Shown here one piece after another: positions 22,601-33,392 of a stretch of DNA of 64,000 nt. The first letter of the stretch is position 1. Every line of letters begins with the position of its first letter. The position numbers were made by a program, and so were the translations under genes. The DNA comes from Callorhinchus milii (lineage: Eukaryota). The notes beneath the pieces were generated by a model, which had not been told where the DNA came from, searched no databases, and saw only the letters and a program-made list of their open reading frames with translations. The stretch spans positions 96,784,001-96,848,000 of the forward strand of contig NW_024704743.1 in the NCBI RefSeq assembly GCF_018977255.1. Reading direction: 5' to 3'.

Positions 22601-25247
22601 TACTATGGTACCAACTAATTCAAAAAAAAGCTAATTCTAATAATACCAATAGGACTCCCAGCCGCTACTCCCCCAAATCATCCGTTATCTAAGTATCTTA
22701 AAATCCAACTTTAAAATCTACCTCTTCAACCTTGCCGATGGCCACCAGTGCCTCCCCCTTTTCCCTTGCTCAGTGTCTGACCACACCGCTGTGAAGTGCT
22801 CTGAGATGTTATCCTACGTGAAAGTCACTATATAAATGTAAATTGCTGTTGTAATTGACCCACATCTCAATCAGGGAGAGGCACAGAACTGAGCCAAACC
22901 ACTTCCCTTGAGGGAGCAAGTGAAAATCAGAAAGTAATATCTTGTTGAGACTGCAAGGAAGGATGCCACATTGGTTCCAGCAGGAGAGCAGTTTAGAGAA
23001 GAAAGCCTGACTTATATTTCGCACTCTGAATTGCTTGTACTCAGCACTGAGGAGCGCCTTCCACATGTGTAACTAAGCTCCACTAACTGGCATTAGTTTA
23101 TTAATGTTATTAATGAACTGGTCATGCAACTGGCTTTGTAATAACATTAAAAAATTATCCCTTAAAAGTCCTTGGGCTGTGTCTGACCATTCCTGAGCAG
23201 GGCTCGAAATAATTTGCTCAGCATGCATCTATTCTGCAGCATTGCAAATGATGGGGTTGAAAAAGCATTTGGCAGAAAATCACCAGCGGAACTGACACCT
23301 CAACACTGGAAAAGGTGCCTCGGGACTTAAAGTGTGACTCATGCAGGAGAAATTATGGAATGAGGTAAAAATGGAAAAAACTGAAGGCAAAACATAAGGT
23401 TCTGTGTTTTTGAACAGGTCAGAGAAGAAATATAGAAAATAAAAGTAAAGTAAGATACATCAATTATCGATTAAAGAAAAAAAGAGTGATCAGTCAGATA
23501 TAAATATACTGAAATAATGTAACGTCTAAAATTTCTCATGGCCTCAAGACCATTTTCTTACAATTAAGTTTATGCAATTTTGAAAAAATTCTAACCTCAA
23601 CCTTAATTTGTAAATAAATTTGGAAATGAACTGTAGAAAACCTTCTCCCAAATTAAAATGTGAGTTGAATTATTTTCAACAATTTATGCAAATCTTGAGT
23701 TTTAAATTTCTCATGGTCTTAGTTTTAACATCTTTGTCTAAATTTGAGACAAAGGTGTTAAAGCTAAGATAATGAGAAATGTCATGCCTCAGATGTCAGA
23801 GAAATTTAAAGCAGAGCGAGGAAACGTTTCAGGAGATACAATATAATTAGTATTTATATAATGCCTTTCAATGTCAAGAAGACATTTCAAAGCATTGATC
23901 ACCCGAGCAGGGAGTGGAAGCCACAGAGAATGAGAAGAGGGAAGATAATAATAATTCTTGCATTTAATATAGAGTCTTTGAGATGTCTCAAAGCATTTCA
24001 CACAGTATACTGTAAAGTGAATTGACTATTTTGTGAACGAAAGATGACTGAAAGCGCAATCAATGAAGTACATTAGAAATCAGTGAGAATAAGACACAAA
24101 AACTATTGCTGTACTTATCTGTCTGTGGCTCTGATGGAGTGATTAAAGTTTATCCTGTTGAAGTTAAATTAAGATTTTATAGATAGTTTGTGTGGGTGTT
24201 TCCTTCTGAAATTTCGAATTAACTATTGCAGCCAAATGGCCTGACCTGAGGCCTCTGCCAATGTTACTGAGGAATCAGCCAACAGCAGCAGGTGCTTGAC
24301 AACAGTCTGGCTTCAATCAGCTCTTGAGATTTCTTCCCTCTCTCCCTGCCTCCCTCCCTCCCACAAGGGAATCACCTTGCCTTCCCCAAAGCTCCGTCTA
24401 AGTCCTAGAAATCACTGTGTGAAAAATTTCAAAGAAGAACCCCATTCAACTAATCCATGATTCGGTAAATCAGTATGTTACGGTATACAACCATTCAACA
24501 TTAGACTGAATACACTCTACTTTCAAGCTAAATCCCCCCTCCTCCCATTACCACCACCAAAGTCTTATTGCAGCATTTTATATTAAAAAGTATTTATATT
24601 GCTCTGTCAGAATTATTCTTCCGCTCTGCTGCGCTAAAACATTTTCATCAATTATCCCCACATGTTTTCTACATGGTGGATATCTTAAGGTGCAAAATGT
24701 ATGTGTATTTTTATGAGTAATATGAGTAATAATTATATCACCACAATAAGCTATTGACAGACTGAAGATGGGTGGGGTGTTTAGATTTCATGCAGTCCAG
24801 TGGTTTGACAGGAAGTCAATCTCAGACATACACAACACACTGTCGAGGTCACATATTGTTCCTCACAACCAATTCTGGCTATCTAGAGAATTTTTATTCC
24901 CTCATGAATACACCCAACATAATTTTTTAACACCAAACAAAAGTTAGTAAAATAGAAGATTAAAATAGAACTGTAACATATTGATAGAAAATTTGCCCTT
25001 GATCTTTCACATACACTAATAGGTTTATAGCATCCAGATATTTATGTTATAGATAATAGATGTTATCAGAATGGACTCAATGTCACATTGGACAGGATGC
25101 CACTCCATAACAAGAGGATATTATCAGTGGGGATGAAGTGACCACCAGTACTGATACATCCTGCTTAAAAAGGGATGGAAATATATTTTTTAAATAAAAA
25201 CAATCAGACAATTTTGGAATTCTGGGTAGATTCCTGACACTTGTGCA

Positions 25248-25920
25248 AACAACAACAGCAACTTGCATTTATGTAGCACCATTCAAGTGGGGTAGCATTT
25301 CAGAGTGCTCAACAGTGGGGGAGCTTGATGCTGAGTCAACAAGAGTGGGGAGGTGACTGCCGATACAGTTGCAGGGGAAGGTTTTCAGATGAGACCAAAA
25401 GATGGGCAAGGAAGAGACAAGGCAGAGGGATTGAGGCAGAGAGTTCCAGTTTCAAGGTGTATTGGCTGAAAGCATAGCCTGCGAGAGTGCAGCCGAGGGA
25501 AATCAGGTGGCCAGAGCCAGCAGAGCAGATAGAGAAGTAGGGTGTAAGCAGGTCAGAGAAGTAGGGAGTTGCCAGGGAATTAAGCGATTTGTACTTGTGT
25601 GAGAATCTTGAAATGAACCATTCTGCGACAAGGATTCAGTGGAGCCTAGCAAGGACTGGGGTTGTGAAGTTTGATGCAGGTGAGGACGTAGGCAGTGGAG
25701 TTTTGAATTGATTGGATTTTATGATTGATGGAGCTGGGTAGACCGGGGAGGAAGGTATTGGAAAAATCTAGGCAGGAGTTGATGAATGCGTGGATGAGGT
25801 TTTCAGTTGCCTTGGGTGTGAGGTATGGTCGGAGGTCGTTCTGTGGCAGAGGTGGACAGTTGTCCTGGTCAGGGACCAGATATGGGGAAGTAAGGACATC
25901 TGGAAAGCAAACTTGATGCC
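25248..25920 (-). mobile_element. L2 LINE 3' fragment
   Basis: ORF 25646-25939 contains LRPYLTPKATENLIHAFINSCLDFSNTFLPGLP...IQNSTAYVLT; L2 tail at 25248-25310. Confidence 0.8.
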
Positions 25921-26004
25921 CATTGCTACGCTTAAGCATATCAATACCAGATTACTGAGAGATCTTCATTGCAGGAACATTTCCCTTTGTCAAGAATAAA
26001 AGCA

Positions 26005-26436
26005 GGGCTGATGATACCAGAATGATACCAGACTTCAAGGGCTAAATTATGAGGACAGGTTGCATAAACTTGGTCTGTATTCTGTTGAGTTTAGAAGTTG
26101 AGAGGTTATCTGCTTAAAAGGGATTCAATAGGGTAGCTACAGACAAACTGTTTCCTCCGGTGGAGGAATCCAGGACAAGGTTGCATAATCTTAAAATTAG
26201 AGCTAGGCCATTTAGGAGTCATCCCAGAAAGCATTTTTTCATGCAAAGTGTACTGGAAATTTGGAACTCTCTCATCTAAAAGGTTGTGGATCCATTACAA
26301 TTTTTAAGACTTAGGTGGATAGATTTTTGTTAGGTAAGGGTATGAGCAGGTAATTGGAGTTGAGGTACAGATCAGCCATGATTTAATCAGAACAAGCTTG
26401 AGGGACTGAATGGTCTACTCCTGTGCCTATGTTCCT
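26005..26436 (+). mobile_element. CR1-type LINE 3' fragment
   Basis: aattatgaggacaggttgcataaacttggtctgtattct (NYEDRLHKLGLYS); 3' end gagggactgaatggtctactcctgtgcctatgttcct. Confidence 0.75.
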
Positions 26437-27900
26437 GTGAATGGAGTGCGCACTGTCCCTGAAGAAACACTTTGTTCATCTGAACTGGAGACTATTAGGC
26501 TCCGTTTTGGCAACAGCCATGTTTTGAGGACCCTCTGAGTGTGTGTTGAGAGTACTACTGGAGTTTGTCCAGCTTAAACCAGTCAGCTTGTCATTGCAAA
26601 CACTGTCTGACAAGCTTTCTGCTGTTTCTCCAGCCGGGATCACTCTACTTGTTAAGGCTTTGGCTTGAAGGTTAATGGGAAATAAATGAAGAGAATAGCA
26701 ATTTTACACAGCAGAGGGCAGGTTTGAAAAACCATTTAAGAATCCAATATACTAACATTTTAAAAAAAATTATTTTAAGAGGTTAAGAGTTCTCCTGCTC
26801 TTTATTCTTTACGTCTGATATCCTATAGGTAATGCAATCTATGACTGGTAATATCATCATGCCCAAATATGCATTGCTGCACTCTGGCACCAAAGTTTAT
26901 TATAACTTTTTGAAATCTTTGAGATCTCTTAACTACTTATGATAATGTCTTCAACCTCCTCCTTACAGAGTATATGCAACACTTGGGTGCATTCCCTGTA
27001 ATCAGGTATTTCTAGTCAGATAGTTATGAAACTTTTGTTATAACATGTAATTCATGATACATATTGAAGCTATTATACATCTTAATTGCTGTAATTACAC
27101 CTGTTTACTGATAACAGTGAGGTGTTATACAGTTCAAAAGATCACATTCATTAGTCAAACATGCAATAAAACTACTAGTAGTCATTGGCAGGAAGACAAA
27201 GATTCATTAATGATGGGTCTGGTATCTAGAAAGGAATGTCATGTAAACTGAATAGTCAAAAGTATATGAGAAATGAGAAGCTTTTATCCAATCTATATTG
27301 GACTCTCATCCTTTGCCAAGTTTTTTGATCTAATGAGTTGGTAATGAAACATTTTTTTCTCTGCTAGGTTTATTTGATGCTATAAGAAAAGGGTGCATAA
27401 TTCAAGGCATAAATCATTAATGGATCATCTCTTTCACACATTGCCAACCTCCAACCATTTCAGCCATGAATTTATAATGATATAATCCTTAAAAGCATTG
27501 CTGTTTCAATGTGAATCAGGCACTGTAGAGAGAGAACCATCACTCCAGCAGTTTGAGAGGACCAAAACTACTAGTAGTCATTGAAGTATTTTAGTAGTCA
27601 TTGAAGTATTTTTAAGATACATATTCATTTTAAATAAAGATATGTTTACATTAATTTATTTTCAAACTTTAGCTAGTGAATTTAAAGTTTTATGAAGTTA
27701 TCTTGAGGGTTGATTTAGCATGTGTATAAAAGATATCCTCGGTGATGTGGAAAAGCATGTTGTGTGGAAACTGAGAACCTGGCAAATTTACATAATAATA
27801 ATAATACTTTTGATACATTTGATACAATAATACATTTGATATAGTGCTTTTCACGTCTTCTCGACGTCTCAAAGCGCTTACATGACCATGAATTACAAAT

Positions 27901-28487
27901 ACAACACCACCAACTTGCATTCATATAGTGCTCTTCACATGGGGTAGCATCCCAGAGCGCTTCACAGGATGAAGTCTGACCCCAAGCCAGGGGAGAGGGA
28001 AAGCACGATCAAAAAAAAAAGGCTTTTAGGTGGGATTTGAAGGTGGGGAGGGAGGAGGGAAGGTGGAGGGATTGGGGAAGAAAGTTCCAGAGTTTCAGTG
28101 AGTAGTGGCTGAAGGAACGTCCACTGATGGTGGAGCAGAGAGGACGAGGGACGAACAGAAGGCCAGAGCTAGCCGAGCGGTGGCAGCGGGTGGTGGAGTG
28201 GGGAGTATGCAAATCAGATAGGTAAGTATGAGAGCTTGAAGGGATTTGAAAATGAGTGACAGGATTTTGAAGTCGATCCATTTGGTAAGTGGGAGCCAGT
28301 GGAGCCTGGCAAGGACTGATGTGATGGGGTATGGAGTTTTGTGCGGGTGAGAATGCGGGCATCAGAGTTTTGAATTAGTTGAATTTTGTGTATTGTGGAG
28401 CTGGGGAGACCAGTGAGGAGGGCATTGGAATAGTCCAGCCGGGAAGTGATGAAGGCATGGATGAGGGTTTCAGCTGCTTTTGTTGTG
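27901..28487 (-). mobile_element. L2 LINE 3' fragment
   Basis: Translation fragments GRSFSHYSLKLWNFLPQSL and FKSHLKAFFF; tail aatgcaagttggtggtgttg. Confidence 0.8.
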
Positions 28488-30280
28488 AAACTTATTAAAC
28501 TTATTAAACAAATAAATTATCCTGTTAAAATAAACCGAAGGAACAAAATCAGTTTTATAAACTTGTGTAACCATGTTAAAAAATTACTTTCTATGTTTTA
28601 TTACTTCTGTTGTAGATCAAGTGTTGACATGACAAAACGTTACTGAACACATGGTTGTTCATGCAATGCAGAGATCCACAGATTCACCAATAATAGAGGA
28701 AGTAAGGCTCCTTCAAGACAATATTGATTCAAGACAATAAAAGCAGTATGTGAACAAAATAGATCTGCAACATTTCTTTAGGATGCTGGGTTAGCTGATC
28801 TCAACCAAGGAAGGGGGAGACTTGATAAAATTCACCTAAATATCATTGTGTTGCAAGAGGGAAAGGTACATGGCAGCCTGGTAGCTATCGAGTGGTCCTT
28901 GCTGGGAAGTGTGCGTGTAAATGCTGGGTGAGAACAGGGTAGATTGTGATGCCCCTGCAATAGACATATAACCTAATAACACTCACTATCTATGTTCATG
29001 TATGAAGTACGATTTGCTGAATGAGTTACTGGAGGGTTGGCTGTAATTCCAGTCACAACCTTCAGGGGAAAGATACAGGAAGTATTGAATAATAAGAGGA
29101 ACTGGATATTGCTTGGCAGCCGAATGTTACAAATATAACGGGATAAACGTAATAAAACCATGAAACACTGTGAAAGCAATTCAGAACTCTGTCCACAATA
29201 TTGTCTTTTTTGTCCAATATCACAATGGTACAGCAACCACAAAGTGAAACAGTTTATTTGTTCAGAGTAACAGAGGAGCAGTGGGGCTGACAGACACAAG
29301 GGTGTAAAACCAGCAGAACCTATTTAAACCTGATCTGTGTGGACTGTTGTTTTCTATCGGCTACAATTATCCCCCGTAGACTTAAAATGGCTGTACAGTC
29401 TTAAAATGTTTCCACTTCGTACAAAATTACACGTGTCTTAAAGTGGTCATTTTGCTGATAATTTATGCTTTCATTGGAACCTCTTTGATGCAAGTTGCAG
29501 TTTCCCATGTTGAATGTCCAGCTGTATTAACCCTGAACTCCTTTATTGTCTGTTTGGATTACTTGTATTAACATCACAATTAAACACATCATATATTGGA
29601 GCACGCCCTCGGCCATTTGCTCAATCGTATGCAAATTGTTTGACAGAATTATTGGGGAGGGATTGAGAGCTTGGAGACGAATTCTGCCTCAAGGCAAAGC
29701 AAAGTGACCCCCTCCACTAATAATTTAGTCATTAACTATTGGTGACTTGTTTTGTGCGAGAGTTTGCCAGTGTGCATTTTCCTAACGAGAGTGGCGTTTC
29801 AGCTATAACGATTTTTTTTTATTCCTAAATTTAGGTGAGTCTGCTGATTTTATTTCAAACTTTATTTATTACATTACGCTCGACTAGCAGGGACACGATT
29901 TGACTAGTGTCGTGTCCCCTCACGTGAAATTGTTAAACAAAAATGTATTTTAATATTTATATCAATATAGTTTGCACGCCTCATTGTATCTTTTCTATTC
30001 TGATGATCACTTCAGTTTCAAGAGCAGAGAGGAGCAAAAGTGTAGCAAATAATATATAAAGTCCAGATTCATTAATTCACCTACAAAAATACAGTCACTA
30101 CACGTTACAGTGAATCCTGTGAAGCTCTTTGAGACGTCCTCCGGACATCAAAGGTACTATATGAAATACAAACATTAGTTATTATTGTTGCTCGCTCCTG
30201 GTACTCAGTAACTGGTCTCGATTTTGCTTTTTCGAAATCTTTAAATCCAGAAATAACAAACGGACTCGTCAATTTAAACA

Positions 30281-30286
30281 TTTAAT
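30281..30286 (-). terminator. Candidate polyadenylation signal ATTAAA
   Basis: + strand TTTAAT; on the sense strand it is followed ~20 nt later by GU-rich gtttgttatttctgg. Confidence 0.5.
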
Positions 30287-31122
30287 GATACAGAAATAGT
30301 GAGAATATATCCAGTAAAAAAAACACATTTATGCCAGATTTCAGGAAGACTGAAATGAATTTGTCAGATTTTCTATGAAACTCTAAACATTGTAACATAA
30401 TGTGAGGTAGACAGTGAAAGACATCTCTCGACCTTCGGTACAGAGAGAAATAAACAATGATACTTCAAAACAATGATAACGTTGGGGATGTAAGACAATG
30501 CGTGATTGACGTTTAAAACCCTGTACAACTCAAAATATTATTTTTTTAAAAAATATTAGAAATATTACAAAATTCGAGTGCATACATACAATGATCTATA
30601 CATTACCTTTTTATACTTAATGTAACTGTTAACTTCTCCAACTTTGCACATTAAAGTCTTCTTTAAATACACAAATATGTACAGCACAATTTATGAACAG
30701 CAGTGCATTAAAGCTAATGTGCATTTTTTTTATATACATGTGGTCCTGGGTCCAGTCTCTCCCCACGTTCCTAATTGTGGGATCGTGCAATCCAGGAATT
30801 TACAGTCTGCAACGCTGTCCCTGGGGGGGGTGGTGGGGTACCAAGTAAATGGTAGTTCAATCGGGCAAAACGTTACTAAATGGATAGAAGTGCACTTTCA
30901 TCCGGATTCAACAGAGCTTGTAAGGTCGTGGGTAAAGCAAGCCTCTCCAAATGTTTTCCCATTGCGATCGCCAGCGGAAGGTAACTATTTGTACAAGAGT
31001 TTGTCTGCTTCCAACTCAAATTTGTAAATACTGTATTGTCTATATCTGGTGAAACAACATCTATCCCCATTGTACTTGTTCTCCCCCTTATCAAGGACAG
31101 TAAAATGCAATCTGGCTATCCT

Positions 31123-31400
31123 GTGTGTGTGTGTGTGTGTGTTTTTTTCTCTCTCTTTTTTCCTTCCTTCGCAGTTTTTAATCACACCAGGCCTCTTAAA
31201 TTCCAACATAGGTGTAATTACAATCTGCAACAATTCCTTTTTGGCCGTCGGCTCTTTCTGGCTGGTAATCTTGCCGGAATGTCGGAAGAAAAAGGAATAG
31301 CCCTCTTTAAACAAGAAACCTCGGGGACCGGAGCCATTCTCTCCTTTCATTAGCTCGTTGTGTGTGTGTGTGTGTGTGTGAGTGAGTGTGTGAGTGTGAG
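31123..31400. repeat. (TG)n tracts at 31123-31142 and 31359-31400 in the 3'UTR (also (CA)n ~31737-31768 and (CT)n ~32298-32321)
   Basis: Directly visible. Confidence 0.85.
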
Positions 31401-32508
31401 CGTTTGGTAAATTACCTTCACCTTTAAAAAGGCAATCGAGATCAACAGATAATTGCGGGGAAAAGGGAATAGAAACTTTCTTCGAGCTTTGCCTTCTGCT
31501 CGCAGGTCCCATTACTCAGCCCTTGAAAGGAGCTCAGTCCTATTGCCTTCCCTTAATCTATATTGGTTAAGTTTGAACAGGTGCCATTCTGTGTGCATTG
31601 TGGTAATCATTGGAGACTGACCGAACATAATCTCCCCCGCGCCCCCCACCCGCCCTTTCTACCTCAACCCCACTTTAAACACGACGGCCACGCCGTGTAG
31701 ATGGCGATTGCAGTTCAGCGCACTTCATTCCTGCTTCACACACACACCACACACACACACATACACACAAGACACTCCAATGACTGATGAAGGCGACCCG
31801 CCGGGGATGCCTGTGGCTGGCAATGTGCGAAATGGGATTAAACGGGTTTAACATATTGTTGACTGAAGAATAAATGGTGGGAAATCCTATCTGAACTGAC
31901 TCCGCGGGTATCACTGCATCTCCCCTACATCGATGGATACGTTCGTTGAATGTGTACGAATGGCTTTGTTTCTCATTGTAATCAATAAACCTGTCTCCCA
32001 ACTTTCTCTTCAACCACAAACAGGATCATGAACACTTCCCCGCACGCTCACATCACACACATTTGGAAGCATGTTTCTGCCCAGTGTGAATGTGCACCTG
32101 GAGGCACAAAGACGTTTCCCCCCTTTTGTTTTGCAATATGACACTTTATACAATGTGGTAATATCTGGTCTTATAGGGGTTAGATGTCGCTTTACACGTA
32201 AATTGTAGATGTAGGGTAGTGATTTAAAATATCGAAGTCATATCAGCTAAATTACTGGTACACGAATAACTTTCAGAGAACCATATAGAATTGTGTGTCT
32301 CTCTCTCTCTCTCTCTCTCTCTTCCTCTGTCTCCATCTCATCCGCTCTCTTCCTCTGTTTGTTACGCATAGGGACCAATGTGTAACTCAGCTATTTGAAT
32401 ATATTCTAAATAGCATATGCCCCCCTCCCCCTTGAGCCGACCAGCCCTCTAAGTGTCCTCAAATTTGCATCTGATAGTCTCACAACTTCTGAAACGAAGG
32501 ACAATTCG

Positions 32509-33392
32509 CTACCTGCACCCACACGACTCCACCACCATATCCTCGTATTGTTTATACACAACGTTGTTGCCTGCGTCGATGTACAAGATGCTGATGGGAC
32601 TCAATTTGGTGGGCACACAGCAACTGGGAGGAGTGGAGTTAGGGTCCATGGAATTCATAAGGGTCTGGATAATAGCGTGGTTTGTAGGTTCTAAGTGGGA
32701 TCTGAGAGGGAAGTCGCACACTCCCTCACAATGATAGGCCTCATAATCCAGGGGAGCTATTATCCAGTCATCCCAACCCAACTCTTTGAAGTTCACGTGT
32801 AGAGGCTTTTTACTGCAGCGAGACTTGGACTTCTTCCCATGTCTCTTCCCATGGCGATTTGAGAAAGCGGTCCTTCTCTTCCTCCTAGCTTTGAACTGAA
32901 GCTTGTCTTCCTCGTCAGCGCCTTCCGACGACTTGATCTTTTCGTTCATCTCGCTGAAGAGATTTTCTCTTTTCCGCGTTTTGGTGAAGACCACCAGAAG
33001 GGCCCTTTCTTGAGGTTCCCTCCCCTTGCGGCCAAACCCCAGGCGCCTCAGGTCAATGTCATGTTCGCTTTTGCCCGATGTCCCCCTGAACTCAAAGCAC
33101 AGCTGGGCGGGGTGCAAACGTCTTAAAGTCTCCCAGACATCAAAAACTTCCCATCTGTGTCTGCTTGAATCGTAGATATCAAGAGTTCGAGACTGCAATA
33201 GTTTGGGTGATTGTCCCTCGGTCCGGCAGGAGTACAATTTGATGTGGTACAGACCTGTCAATGTCTTGTGAAACTGCCCAGGCGTTTTCCTCAGTATCCT
33301 CAGTTCAGCTCCTACTAATTCCTCTTTATCCGATAAAGTTGCCACATCAAACAAATATTTTTGTTTTCTTAAGTATGAATGCAAGAGATCAT
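32509..33392 (-). CDS. GDF6: GDF6 coding exon 2 (prodomain, RRKRR cleavage site at 32872-32886, 120-aa mature domain at 32512-32871)
   Basis: Acceptor ttgcag|AT at 33393/33392 joins in frame (G|AT = Asp; [17 protein letters not shown]). Mature domain [40 protein letters not shown]...VVESCGCR has 7 Cys. The [11 protein letters not shown]-terminus identifies GDF6 rather than GDF5 or GDF7. Total CDS is 1260 nt = 419 aa plus TAG. Confidence 0.97.

Larger units (their letters stand above)
30260..32508 (-). other. GDF6: Probable GDF6 3'UTR (~2.2 kb)
   Basis: Lies downstream of the stop codon, lacks recognisable transposon copies, is AU-rich distally, and ends near an ATTAAA hexamer. The 3' boundary is inferred. 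Confidence 0.6.

Noticed and set aside
31659..31666. Second CTACCTCA let-7 match
   Set aside because: It is on the + strand, antisense to the GDF6 mRNA.
30644..32019. ORFs of 105-175 aa in the 3'UTR
   Set aside because: Several run through TG/CA microsatellites, and none resembles a protein family I recognise.
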